Shown here: piece by piece, positions 52,607 to 62,805 of the stretch
Layout of the letters: each line of letters begins with the position of its first letter
Numbering within the stretch: position 1 is the stretch's first letter
Source of the DNA: a virus
Virus record (IMG/VR): IMGVR_UViG_3300045988_173816
Span: 128,001-192,000 of that record
Length of the DNA: 64,000 bases
Strand: one strand, 5' to 3'
Translations under genes and position numbers: made by a program
The notes under the pieces: generated by a model
What the model saw: only the letters and a program-made list of their open reading frames with translations
What the model was told of the DNA's origin: nothing
Database searches by the model: none

Positions 52607-53503
52607 ATGTTTGAGGAAGAATTAGAACACTTCTCAGATACAGCTAATTTGAGTGAGGGCTTTGAAGAGGAGAGGGTATCTCAAATCCCCTCTCACTTCC
52701 CTCAGTCTCCTTTTATGGATAAGGTATTTGAGAGAGAGTTCAAACAAACAATGGCTTATATTAAGTCTATGAGTCCAACGGTTTTTGGGTTGCACCACTT
52801 GGAACTAACTCAAAGTCCGATAGGTTCTGAATTGCTTTCCTTTGTAAAAATTAAAGGACTTAGTTCGGAGAATTTGTTCAAAGAGTTAGAAGATTGTGAA
52901 TTTGTCTTTATTTCAACTAAGAAAGAGTTTAGTGAGAAAGGTCATTTAGCATATTCTAAATTGAATTTACAATCCATAAAAGCACCAAAAGGTTATCGCT
53001 TGGTTGCTTGTGCGAGTGCCATTCCTATTCCGAATGGGTACAAAAGCCCAGACCCTCAGATTGAATATGTAGGTCAAGATGAGATTATGGAAGGTGCAGT
53101 CCTACAGTATTTTTGGATTTCAGAAGAGTTTTTATATAGAGTAGAAACTGAGGTTGTAACGGTGTCTCTCAAAAGGGTATCTGACCACCTTGGGGGTCGC
53201 TCTGTTGTTTTAACGAACGGAATTGCTGTGTATTTGGTTGTCCAAGACCGTTCTCGAATGAGAAACACAGAGACAAAGAACATTTACTTTGTTGGAAACA
53301 CAGTTGAAGAGTGTAAAGAGCAGATTGTGTCTATGTACAATCGCTTAGTTGAATTTGGTCTAGCTTTTCCTAGTGATGAGTTCACTATTCAAAAAGAGAT
53401 TGGCGGTATTCTAACAACAGTCAACTTGGCTTACAAAGAGTTAGAACCTACGATGGATTTAGACCCAGTAGCGTTTGAGGTCTCGTTAGCAGAAGAAGGA
53501 TAA
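52607..53503 (+). CDS. Hypothetical protein
   Basis: GAGAGG RBS. Confidence 0.7.
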   Translation: MFEEELEHFSDTANLSEGFEEERVSQIPSHFPQSPFMDKVFEREFKQTMAYIKSMSPTVFGLHHLELTQSPIGSELLSFVKIKGLSSENLFKELEDCEFVFISTKKEFSEKGHLAYSKLNLQSIKAPKGYRLVACASAIPIPNGYKSPDPQIEYVGQDEIMEGAVLQYFWISEEFLYRVETEVVTVSLKRVSDHLGGRSVVLTNGIAVYLVVQDRSRMRNTETKNIYFVGNTVEECKEQIVSMYNRLVEFGLAFPSDEFTIQKEIGGILTTVNLAYKELEPTMDLDPVAFEVSLAEEG

Positions 53504-53508
53504 GAAAT

Positions 53509-53952
53509 ATGAGTAAAGAGTATTTAGCATTATTAGAGTTTCCGAGTGAGAAACCCACAGAATTGGTAGGTTATGCATTAGCAAGTTTTGATACAGAAGA
53601 GGGTATCCTCAGATTTCGTATGAAACAGTTAGCGCGAAACGTAGCTTTGAGTCAATATTCAGACGAAGCAGTTGTACGAGTTTTTGATGCAACTCCTTTG
53701 GCATTTAAAGTGTCCCCAGAGGTATTTACACGCTTTATCGGTGCTACACCAGATGCACTTGGAGATAAGATTTTCAGAGCTTTACATGTGGTTTTAAAAC
53801 AGTGTTATCAGTTGGGGTATGATTTAGATTTCGTTCGCTTAACCTCTGTTTTAGAAGAAAAAGTAAGTTATGATCAGTGGAAAATGATTTTACGTTTATT
53901 ATCTAAAGGTGACGGTACGTTTGAGAAGTGGGGTGTAGCTTATGGTTCATAG
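53509..53952 (+). CDS. Hypothetical protein
   Basis: ORF with an RBS, 5 nt after the previous stop. Confidence 0.65.
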   Translation: MSKEYLALLEFPSEKPTELVGYALASFDTEEGILRFRMKQLARNVALSQYSDEAVVRVFDATPLAFKVSPEVFTRFIGATPDALGDKIFRALHVVLKQCYQLGYDLDFVRLTSVLEEKVSYDQWKMILRLLSKGDGTFEKWGVAYGS

Positions 53953-55516
53953 AAAACCAGTTCGAGAAATTGAAAGTAAATTAACCGATGGTGGAGCTAA
54001 ATTATTAACTGAGTTTGAAAGTTTAGCTGACGTTGGTGTTGAAAGTCCTAAGCAAGTCGTTTGTATTCACTTTAAAGAGAAAGACCGCTATGGTTTTTAT
54101 ATGCAGAGTGGTAAGAAATTGAAGTCTTTTAGTGTACCTACTGCTTTTATTGATAAGAGTCGAGTCTTGTCGGAACAAGTTTTGAACCATATTAAAGAGA
54201 GTGGTCTCTACTTTGAAGAGGGTGAGAATAGTACAATTAAGGTACCAGTCCTAGCTCGTACAACAAGTACAGTCTTAAAGAATTTCCAAGGTTCCCAATA
54301 TCCAGTGGTATCCTCTTATGTTCGTTATTTTTCAGAGACATTTAGTGAAGAACAGAGAAAACTCTTGTCTCGTTGGTTCTTGCAAGAGAGTTTCTACGAG
54401 GAGGGACTTCAGAGGATTGAACTGGAGTTAAATACTGATACAGACTACTTTAGAGAGAAAGCTGCTAAACTCGCAACTCTCATGGGTGGTGGAACTTGGT
54501 TTTTTAAAGAGTTGAATTACTTTGAAACGGGCGCTAAGTGTACCCTTGGTCACGACATTAAATGGGAATTTGTGGCGGAGGAAGAAGCCACGGGAGAAGT
54601 GTTGAAATTCGGAGTGGATTGTGTACAGGATTTCTTCAATATTGAAGGTCAAGTACAGAACCAGTTGGTACGATTCCGTACTCGCTATTTCAATGAAATG
54701 TTGACCTATGCTTATTCTTATAGTCAGCAGTTAGGGTATCAGAAAAACTTTGGTCTGGCTTTACCTAGTTTTTGGCAAAGTTTAGTTGATGGTGGTTTTG
54801 CAAAACCGACTTCAAAAATTGAGTATTTGTTGAAGTTTGTAAGTGAGTTTAACCGCTTGAACATGCCTTTACCAGTTTCTCTTCGTTTACAGTTCTTAAA
54901 AGAGTTAGAGCAACAGAGAGCACACAATTTAAGATATAGGTTTATGGAAGATACCTTCGGTGCGGTATCCTTGTATAATATGTATTCTCTTTTAGGTGAT
55001 TTAGTTCCATTTATTAGTGAGAATGATAAAGATAAAGGTGCTTGGTCGTCTATTAAAGGTTCTATGGTGAGCGAACATGGTTTGTTACTTCCAGAGAAAG
55101 AGTTAGTTCTTAACTTTTTAGAGCATGGTTTCTTTGCTAGGGTTGATAATTTGTATGCAACTTTAGAGACCTATGGTGACTTAGTTCGTGGTGTACTGGC
55201 TAATTCTACTAGTGAGTTAGATTTTCAACGAACTTATAACAAACTATCTTGGTTTTCGAGTATTCAAAACCGAAGAAGTGGTGAAGAAGTTCCTCACTTA
55301 ATTGGAGGTATTGTACAACATAAATATAGCTCTCCTAGTGTCTTTGGTTTAGGTTCTGCTGGACTTATTGAGAAAGGTGGTAAGCTCGAAGTAGATTTTA
55401 GCAATATTGATAGGTTCTATGAAGGTGTTCTTAATTTGACGGTTAGTTTAGAAGACCTTATGTCTGTATATAACTTATTTGTTAAGAAATTAGAAGAACA
55501 ACGTGCTAAAAGTTAA
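53942..55516 (+). CDS. Hypothetical protein (524 aa)
   Basis: Overlaps the upstream gene by 11 nt. Confidence 0.7.
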   Translation: MVHRKPVREIESKLTDGGAKLLTEFESLADVGVESPKQVVCIHFKEKDRYGFYMQSGKKLKSFSVPTAFIDKSRVLSEQVLNHIKESGLYFEEGENSTIKVPVLARTTSTVLKNFQGSQYPVVSSYVRYFSETFSEEQRKLLSRWFLQESFYEEGLQRIELELNTDTDYFREKAAKLATLMGGGTWFFKELNYFETGAKCTLGHDIKWEFVAEEEATGEVLKFGVDCVQDFFNIEGQVQNQLVRFRTRYFNEMLTYAYSYSQQLGYQKNFGLALPSFWQSLVDGGFAKPTSKIEYLLKFVSEFNRLNMPLPVSLRLQFLKELEQQRAHNLRYRFMEDTFGAVSLYNMYSLLGDLVPFISENDKDKGAWSSIKGSMVSEHGLLLPEKELVLNFLEHGFFARVDNLYATLETYGDLVRGVLANSTSELDFQRTYNKLSWFSSIQNRRSGEEVPHLIGGIVQHKYSSPSVFGLGSAGLIEKGGKLEVDFSNIDRFYEGVLNLTVSLEDLMSVYNLFVKKLEEQRAKS

Positions 55517-55536
55517 TTTTCTTTCTTGTCTAAGTC

Positions 55537-55565
55537 TTGCATTTTCCCTCTAAATATGATAAAAT
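55537..55565 (+). promoter_or_regulatory. Internal sigma-A promoter
   Basis: TTGCAT, 17 nt, TGaTAAAAT. Confidence 0.55.
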
Positions 55566-55599
55566 TGAGAAAATGTAGTTTAGATAGGATTTTAAAAGT

Positions 55600-55974
55600 A
55601 TGTTAGTTCGTAGCCGACCTTTTAATGCAGGTTTGGAGTTTATCGTAGATTCTACCGTGTACACCTTAGCTCATAAGAGTCATAGTTTAATTCAGAAAAT
55701 GGATTTAGAAGACTTAGATAGCAATAGTCTTCTACGGTACAAACCTGTACAGGTATTTTCTGTTTTATATTTGAAAGGGGTATCTACTTCGGTTGCGGTA
55801 ACTGTTTATAGTGAGAGAGAGGGTTGCAAAAATGCAAACCCTTTGTCTGCTAAAACTTACCAAGTAGTGAGAGAACAGTGGTTGAGAAATAGCAAACTTC
55901 AAGGTTTCTCTCGTATGGAAACACCTACACCAGATGGTGTGATTGTACAAGAAATACTGGTGGTAGGTCTATGA
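55600..55974 (+). CDS. Hypothetical protein
   Basis: ORF with a weak RBS. Confidence 0.55.
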   Translation: MLVRSRPFNAGLEFIVDSTVYTLAHKSHSLIQKMDLEDLDSNSLLRYKPVQVFSVLYLKGVSTSVAVTVYSEREGCKNANPLSAKTYQVVREQWLRNSKLQGFSRMETPTPDGVIVQEILVVGL

Positions 55975-57197
55975 ACACAGTGGTAAAAACTAAGATAACA
56001 CCAAAAGACTTGTATGAGCGTTACTTACAGATGCGTAGTGCAGTTGAGGTTTTAAAGGTTATGTTGTATGACTACGGAATAACTTACTCTCCAACTGTTG
56101 TGCGTAAATTTGAATTGTCTCAGTATGTGGTGGCTCAATTAAAAGACTTAGGTTTTACAAACTATACAGATACGCGTAGTGCTGTGTCCTTGGTGTTAAA
56201 CCTCAATTATTTGGAGTATGTTCAGAAGGTTGTTAGTCCTAAACACCCATTTCAAGTAGGTTTAAATTTGGTAGTTTCTTACTTGCAGTATAAACAAGAG
56301 GTGGACTACTTAGAGAATTTGTATTCCTTTAATGATTTGAAAAATAGAGGGTTTCTTAAAGGGAAAGCTCAAACTCGTCAAGTTAAAGTTTCTGAGGGTA
56401 AACAAAAAGGAGAAGTACCCTTATGGTTGCCTAAGACTTTGAATGATGATATTTCTGTTCATGATGGATATACTGAAGTTGAAGAGTCTTTACACAATGT
56501 ATATTATCAATTTCTAACGAGGGTTGCTAAAGCACAAGGAGTATCCTTATTTACAGGTTGGACTTTTTTAAAAGGTGTTAAAAGAGCGCAAGAGTCTTCT
56601 TTACTGCCTTTAATTCTAAGAGGTTCAATTGAAGTTCAGAATGATAAAATACGCAAAGTTTTAGATTCTTTGTGGACAGATAAAGGTAAGTTTCCTTACT
56701 TTTTAGTTTATGATGATTTATTGAAAGCCCAAACTACGGTGTTAGAGAAGTATACAAAAGAAGAGCCTGACTTGATGGTTCGGAGTATTACTCCGTTTAA
56801 GGTTTCCTTTTCAAGTGGTGGTTTAAAGAATTACCCTTTGTACTACAACTACATTTGTTGGGACTATGATAATAACAAACCATTACCTTCTGCAAATTGT
56901 TTCAAAGGGTTAGGTGGAGAGTTCACACGGGTATCCTTTGTTGGCGCAACCCCTTATTACCTACGAAATGAAGATGGGAAACAAGAAATCTTTTACAAAA
57001 TGGTTAGTAAGTCTCAACTCCATAGTGGTAATGTTCACTTAGAGGAATATTTAAAAGAGTTTTCTCAGATGTTTGGTAGGTACTTTGGCGGGGAAGGTTT
57101 GTTAATTCCTTTAGCTCCAACTCGCACTAATTTAATTAAACAAAGTTTAGAACGATTAGAAAAGAAAGGGGTCTATTTAGTTGACTCGGATAGTTAG
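55971..57197 (+). CDS. Hypothetical protein (408 aa)
   Basis: ATGA overlap with the upstream gene. Confidence 0.7.
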   Translation: MNTVVKTKITPKDLYERYLQMRSAVEVLKVMLYDYGITYSPTVVRKFELSQYVVAQLKDLGFTNYTDTRSAVSLVLNLNYLEYVQKVVSPKHPFQVGLNLVVSYLQYKQEVDYLENLYSFNDLKNRGFLKGKAQTRQVKVSEGKQKGEVPLWLPKTLNDDISVHDGYTEVEESLHNVYYQFLTRVAKAQGVSLFTGWTFLKGVKRAQESSLLPLILRGSIEVQNDKIRKVLDSLWTDKGKFPYFLVYDDLLKAQTTVLEKYTKEEPDLMVRSITPFKVSFSSGGLKNYPLYYNYICWDYDNNKPLPSANCFKGLGGEFTRVSFVGATPYYLRNEDGKQEIFYKMVSKSQLHSGNVHLEEYLKEFSQMFGRYFGGEGLLIPLAPTRTNLIKQSLERLEKKGVYLVDSDS

Positions 57198-57645
57198 TTG
57201 TGGGAGAGGTTTGCAGTTAGCAGCTTCTACCTTTAAGCAGTTAGATTCAGATGATATTGAATTGATTCATTATCTAGGTTCTGACTTCAAGTTATTACCA
57301 GTTTACTTTAGTGTAGGGGGTTCTTACCCACTTGAAGTAGAGGGTATTCTACCTAGTCAATCAAGAATTGGTGCTAGGCTTGGAGATGTGTCTTACTGTG
57401 TAAAAAGTGTTATTTCCTCTAAATTTGGAGGACTTGATATTCAAAGTAGTATTTCCATAGTTGTACCAAGTACAGAGAGAGGTCGGTTAAGTTTAGATAC
57501 TTTGCATGAAGGTTTTGGTGGTTTATCTCTTCCTTTCCTAGAGTTGAAAATATCTGAGGACTTGCGTTCTATCTTTTCTGAGGTCGGAGATATAGAGGAC
57601 TTTTGGGGGACTTTGAATAGCATTCGAAAAGAGAATAGGTGGTAG
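57181..57645 (+). CDS. Hypothetical protein
   Basis: TTG start (uncertain), overlapping the upstream gene. Confidence 0.5.
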   Translation: MTRIVSCGRGLQLAASTFKQLDSDDIELIHYLGSDFKLLPVYFSVGGSYPLEVEGILPSQSRIGARLGDVSYCVKSVISSKFGGLDIQSSISIVVPSTERGRLSLDTLHEGFGGLSLPFLELKISEDLRSIFSEVGDIEDFWGTLNSIRKENRW

Positions 57646-57648
57646 AAA

Positions 57649-58962
57649 ATGCAAAACAAAATGGTTGTTTTGGCTTTGTTGGATAGCGCAAATCTTACAA
57701 ATACTGAGCATTCGTATAGCCCAAGTGGTTATGCTCTGGCTCTTGCGGTATCCAACATTTCTCGAAAATTTAAACAAAAGTCAGTACAAGCTGAGATTGA
57801 GAAACAGTTGAAGTCAGAAGAAGAGTTGACTTATACGATTATTCAAGGTTCTTCATTCCCTTTAGCTGTAAGTGATAATTTGTGGGAGTGCTTGAGCACT
57901 TTGCGAGTTGCACAAGATGATGACTTATCTGACTATGATTTGGAGTTGAATGACTCTGAGGGTGGAGTTATTTTCAGAGTTGAAGGTGTATTCACAGATA
58001 AACGAGGACTTCTTAAAGGGGTATCAAATTTCAAATCGGTCGCAGACCGATTGATTGATAAAGATTCTATTGATTTAACTGAAGACCAAGAAGAGTTTAT
58101 TGAAGATGTTAAGTCCAACATTAGATCGTTGGAAGAACTTGAATTAGCTCTCAATGAAGGTTCAAACGGTGGTTCTTTATCTCGTATTTCTGATGAGATG
58201 GAAGAGTTACTAAGTTCTCGAAAATATAACTCTGAATTTCGTAAGTCTTGGGAAGCTCTTCATAAACAACTTTTAGAAGGGAACTCTAAGAACTTTATTG
58301 GTAATGTACCATCTCATTTGTTGGTTGAGGTTGAGAGTCCTTTTGATGTTTATGAAGACTTTGATGAAAGTGTTGATTTAGAGGATGTTCGCACTATTTT
58401 GGAAGCTCAGTTGAGTGGACTTTTACCTTACCAATATGGTGTAGGTGGTTCTATGTACTTGCATTTGCAAGGGTCTGTATTACGAGAAAATGCTTATAAG
58501 CAGTTTGCAGATAAAGGGGTGCGTTATGATGAAGACCATATCAGCACTCTTCAATCTGAGTACAGTTTAAAACCTTATTTGACTTATGGTGAAGCAGTTT
58601 TCCTTTACCTTTTGTCTAAAGGTGGGGTTATAAAGTTACCAACAACAGAAATTGATAGTGTGTTTAAGTCTGTACTTAAGGTTGGTTTTGAGAGTCAACT
58701 TGATTTCTTAAATATTTGGTTCTATAAACCAGGTGGTACCTTTTCTAACTTTGCTGAGATTTATGCTAAAGCGAAACAGATTTCAGCACAAAGTTATGTG
58801 AAGTTTTGTGATAGTTATTTACCTTTTGTGCTTTACTTTGGTTTCTTGTATGTTTTGTACAGTGATAACTTGTTTAACTGTATTCAAGAAGGTTTACCTG
58901 ACTTCACAAGTGAGATTCCAAGACTTGAGTTTGCTAAGTTGATGCAGAAGATTGCAGATTAG
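57649..58962 (+). CDS. Hypothetical protein (437 aa)
   Basis: GGTGG RBS. Confidence 0.7.
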   Translation: MQNKMVVLALLDSANLTNTEHSYSPSGYALALAVSNISRKFKQKSVQAEIEKQLKSEEELTYTIIQGSSFPLAVSDNLWECLSTLRVAQDDDLSDYDLELNDSEGGVIFRVEGVFTDKRGLLKGVSNFKSVADRLIDKDSIDLTEDQEEFIEDVKSNIRSLEELELALNEGSNGGSLSRISDEMEELLSSRKYNSEFRKSWEALHKQLLEGNSKNFIGNVPSHLLVEVESPFDVYEDFDESVDLEDVRTILEAQLSGLLPYQYGVGGSMYLHLQGSVLRENAYKQFADKGVRYDEDHISTLQSEYSLKPYLTYGEAVFLYLLSKGGVIKLPTTEIDSVFKSVLKVGFESQLDFLNIWFYKPGGTFSNFAEIYAKAKQISAQSYVKFCDSYLPFVLYFGFLYVLYSDNLFNCIQEGLPDFTSEIPRLEFAKLMQKIAD

Positions 58963-58980
58963 AATAGGTGGTTTAGACGA

Positions 58981-60243
58981 TTGGTATTTAAAATTGAACA
59001 AGAGCAGCTATTGTGGAAAGTTGGGGAGTTTCTAGCAGAGAGTGGAAAACCTTTAGGATTTTTAAACTCAGCAGGTTTTAATCCTAGTTTCTCGGTATCG
59101 GATACTCAATTGGGGATTTTGTTGGAGAAGATGCGAGCACAAGCTCTTCATGATTTACCGTTTGAGATTGGTTCTTCTAAAAAGTTTGAGGACTTGCGTT
59201 TTGCTTTATGGTTGCTTGCAAACACTTATTGTTATGTGGTCACTTCCCCACATAAGTCAAAAGAATTGCAAGGGTTTAACTTAGGTAAACAAGATGTTCG
59301 ATTTGGTTCTTTGGCTTTACCTTTGTTAGAGAGTGCAGTTGAAGTAACTGATAGACAAAAGACAAGTTTAAGTAAGATTTACAAGGAGTTCGGAGATACA
59401 CTTAATCAAGGGTTACTCGCTTTCCCTACAATTAGTATGTCTAAAGGTAAACTATCTTTCCCTAGAAAGAAAGTCTCTTTCGTAGAGGGTGAGTATATGG
59501 TACTACCGGTATCCGTAGTGAACGGTTATGTTTCTAAGCTCAAGGAAAAGTCAAAACAAGGTATTGTCACTATTGATGCACACCGTGTAGGAGGTTCTTT
59601 ACGAGAGTTTAATATGACTGCTGATACTTCAATAGCAGTTCAACTTTATACAGGGTCATTGATTTTGGAAGATTTTGAGACTGTAGGTTATTCTTTGTCT
59701 GCTACTTCGGTTTATCAAGAGAGTAAAGTAAAGATTATGAAAGGTCTTACACGCTTGTTACTAACATTTTATGACTTAGGAATTTCTGAGGATGACTATC
59801 CTCAAAGGCAACTCTCTTTGAGTCGTATTCGAAATATAACTTATTTGAATAAAGAGCAACAAGAGAAGAAAATTCGTCAGTTGAAACGCTATGCTCTCAT
59901 GTCCGAGGACGCTATGGTTCGTCAGATTAACCACTTAGCTAAAGATTGGACATTTGAAAGACAAACAGAGTTCTTGGTTGAGAGTTTAGCTCGATTAAAG
60001 CGTGTGTCTGATGTAGATACAAGTGTAAGCAAGTTTGAGATTAAGTCTCTAATTGAGTTTCAAATGCGCTTTAGTGAGTGTATCGAGTATTACTCTACTG
60101 CATACTTAAGAGTTATATATGATATGATTCAAGAAGAACCAGAGCGTTATAACTTTATCACAGGTCGTAGTACAGATTTATCTAACTTAGGTGGTGTGGT
60201 ATCCACAGAGTCGGTAGTGATTCCAGATACGCTTGAATTTTAA
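58981..60243 (+). CDS. Hypothetical protein (420 aa)
   Basis: TTG start 9 nt after GGTGG. Confidence 0.65.
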   Translation: MVFKIEQEQLLWKVGEFLAESGKPLGFLNSAGFNPSFSVSDTQLGILLEKMRAQALHDLPFEIGSSKKFEDLRFALWLLANTYCYVVTSPHKSKELQGFNLGKQDVRFGSLALPLLESAVEVTDRQKTSLSKIYKEFGDTLNQGLLAFPTISMSKGKLSFPRKKVSFVEGEYMVLPVSVVNGYVSKLKEKSKQGIVTIDAHRVGGSLREFNMTADTSIAVQLYTGSLILEDFETVGYSLSATSVYQESKVKIMKGLTRLLLTFYDLGISEDDYPQRQLSLSRIRNITYLNKEQQEKKIRQLKRYALMSEDAMVRQINHLAKDWTFERQTEFLVESLARLKRVSDVDTSVSKFEIKSLIEFQMRFSECIEYYSTAYLRVIYDMIQEEPERYNFITGRSTDLSNLGGVVSTESVVIPDTLEF

Positions 60244-60262
60244 CAGTTGAGGTATAAATTTC

Positions 60263-61246
60263 ATGGATAAAATTAAAGAATTGTGGAGTAAAAAGGGTAT
60301 TCGATACACTATTTTAGGTGTTCTTGCTCTTGTGTTATTACTGTTTGGAGTACGTGCATGTAACCAAGCTAAGAAGTCGAATACTGACACCTCAGAAAGT
60401 ACAGAGAAGGTAAGTCGTAGAGATAAGTCTGTTGCGTTAACTCCATTTGAGGAAGAACAAAAACGTTTGATTCGTAAATATGGTGAAGCTGGTGAAGGGT
60501 ATTATTGGTCAGAAGATGGTACTCGTATGGCTTTAGGGGATCAAAACCTTTCTGAGACTGAGGTTATTCGTACATTTTTACGTTCTCTTTCTACGTTAGA
60601 TTTTGCAACTGCTCAAAAATATGCGTATAAAGACCAAGTATTGAAGACTTTGAATGCTTATTATAATTCTGAGTCTGAGTTTACTTACTCTGAATCGTTT
60701 AAGAAAGCTATGTACCAACAATTTTTATTGAGTATGGAGATTGAGGGTATCGAAAGTCAAGCAACTTTTGCGGACGATAAGAGTAGTGTAACTGTTAAGA
60801 TTAAAGCTTTGGATTTGTCGAATAAAGACTTTTGGAAAGAAGATAAGGACGCTTTGATGAAAGGTATTTATTCTTATCGTAAAACAGAAGCGGACTCAAC
60901 TAAAGCTCGAAACTTCTTATATGAGTATGTAACAAATTACTGGAAGTCTGAGGTTGCACAGAAGAAAGCTATTACGATTAACTTGACCTTAACAAAAACT
61001 GGTGCAGGTGGTTGGCTTATTTCAAATGATATGGACTTAGATAACTACGCTAAGTATAGTGAGGGTGAGACTGTTATTAACAATATTCTAAAAGACTATG
61101 ATTTAGAGATTGCTAAACGCCCTAAAGCGTTTGAAGATTCTTCGTTTGACCCAAGTAGTGTGTTGAATAAAGATAGAAAGTTGAAGTCAACTACAACACC
61201 TTCAAGTTCAACTACAACTTCAAGTTCAACTGAAAGTGGTTCATAA
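60263..61246 (+). CDS. Membrane-anchored protein with Ser/Thr-rich C-terminus
   Basis: Single N-terminal TM helix (ILGVLALVLLLFGV). The tail ends STTTPSSSTTTSSSTESGS. Confidence 0.65.
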   Translation: MDKIKELWSKKGIRYTILGVLALVLLLFGVRACNQAKKSNTDTSESTEKVSRRDKSVALTPFEEEQKRLIRKYGEAGEGYYWSEDGTRMALGDQNLSETEVIRTFLRSLSTLDFATAQKYAYKDQVLKTLNAYYNSESEFTYSESFKKAMYQQFLLSMEIEGIESQATFADDKSSVTVKIKALDLSNKDFWKEDKDALMKGIYSYRKTEADSTKARNFLYEYVTNYWKSEVAQKKAITINLTLTKTGAGGWLISNDMDLDNYAKYSEGETVINNILKDYDLEIAKRPKAFEDSSFDPSSVLNKDRKLKSTTTPSSSTTTSSSTESGS

Positions 61247-61247
61247 G

Positions 61248-61841
61248 ATGAGTGTAGAAAAAGTACAAGCTTATGTAGACCGAAGTGTGAAGTCTAAGTA
61301 CCGCAAAGGGTATTTAGACTTACTTGGTTTAGTTCAAGATAACGATACAGTACAAGGGTTACATGCCTTAGGTTCTATTGACCGTGTGACTCAGTTAGTT
61401 GGTATTGGTACAAATAACAGAGCAGATAATTTTCCATTTGACACTAAGTATTTAAGTGTTGTCGAGAAGTTGGAACAACGTGCTCAACAAGACTTTAATA
61501 GAGATTATATGCATCGAATTGAAGAATTGGATAAGTTGCGTATTTCCGATGCGGTAACCCAAATTTCTCAGAGTTTGCAAGATTCCTCTATTGGTTCGAT
61601 TCAAGATTTAAAGGTTGAACTACAAAAGTCGGAAGATAGTGAGTTAAGAGAGTTATCTAAGGGTAGCTTTGAAATACCTAGTTTCGAAGAAGATGATTAT
61701 GATAGTGAAGAGGGATTTGCAAGTTCGAATGGACTAGCTGAAACTGATTTACTAAGTAAAGAAGATGATGACTTTAAAGTTTCAGATACTGAAACGGGTG
61801 AAAGTTTTTCCTTTTTGTCCTTGTTTCCAGATTTAGAATAG
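61248..61841 (+). CDS. Hypothetical acidic protein
   Basis: ATG at 61248 directly after the previous stop. Acidic C-terminal third. Confidence 0.6.
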   Translation: MSVEKVQAYVDRSVKSKYRKGYLDLLGLVQDNDTVQGLHALGSIDRVTQLVGIGTNNRADNFPFDTKYLSVVEKLEQRAQQDFNRDYMHRIEELDKLRISDAVTQISQSLQDSSIGSIQDLKVELQKSEDSELRELSKGSFEIPSFEEDDYDSEEGFASSNGLAETDLLSKEDDDFKVSDTETGESFSFLSLFPDLE

Positions 61842-61857
61842 TTTAGGTGGTTAGCAA

Positions 61858-62805
61858 ATGATGTTTTATGAGCAGAACGACTTTAAAGTTGTATTAAGTC
61901 CAGATGCCTTGGATGGTTGTTCTGATTTGAGAAGTGCATGTAGAAGGGGGTTTGAGGTTTACTTTCAACGGCTGAATGAGTTACAAACTATTGAAAAGTA
62001 TTCCTTGAAACAACTACGTTTTGTAAAGTCAAGACAGAGAGAAAGTCAGTTTGGTATCTCTTTTAAAGGAGCTTTTCACTTTGCTCTTGCAGCAGATATT
62101 GAACAAGGTACTATGACAGTTAGTCCTTTCCTTTTATCAGATACTGTGTTAGAAGAGATTAAACGAGGTAATTATCTTTCTTTAGTACAATTATTTTTAA
62201 ATGCTTTTGCAGATAAGGTTTTGGCTTACCATAACTTAGAAGTATTAAATATAATTTTGGAGAAATATAAACCTGTAGGTAGTCCTTATACTGTTAGGTT
62301 TGTATTAAATAGTAAAGCGAAAGATAGGTTCTTGTCTCGTTTTGGTGAGAACTTAGTTGAGTGGTGTGTTTTAGATGAATACCCTCAAACGCTCCAGAAT
62401 GTCCTCCCTCGCGATTTAGATTCTCTAAAGGAATTTATACGCAAAAACTTTTACAAAGGATTTGACGCTCTCTCAGAAGCTCTCAGAGGGCAATCTACAC
62501 TTTGGTCTGAATATTTAGCAGGGAGACCTCCAACGGGTGTGACTTATAATCCTATGAGATTGATAAGTGCGTTGGCTTTAGAATTAGAGGAAACGGTTGA
62601 TAAACGTTGTCGTTTCTTATATTCAGAAAGTGAAAGTGGTGAGATTACACTTTACCAACGTGAAGGTGATGTTTATGTTGAGGTTCTTCGTTTTGATAAG
62701 GAAACAGGAGAACTCAGTATTCTTGATAAGAGTTACACTTTAGGTTTTGACTCTAGTGAGCAGAAGATGAAAAGAATGGAGGTGGTTGTAGATGAGTCAG
62801 CGTAA
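61858..62805 (+). CDS. Hypothetical protein
   Basis: GGTGG RBS. Confidence 0.7.
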   Translation: MMFYEQNDFKVVLSPDALDGCSDLRSACRRGFEVYFQRLNELQTIEKYSLKQLRFVKSRQRESQFGISFKGAFHFALAADIEQGTMTVSPFLLSDTVLEEIKRGNYLSLVQLFLNAFADKVLAYHNLEVLNIILEKYKPVGSPYTVRFVLNSKAKDRFLSRFGENLVEWCVLDEYPQTLQNVLPRDLDSLKEFIRKNFYKGFDALSEALRGQSTLWSEYLAGRPPTGVTYNPMRLISALALELEETVDKRCRFLYSESESGEITLYQREGDVYVEVLRFDKETGELSILDKSYTLGFDSSEQKMKRMEVVVDESA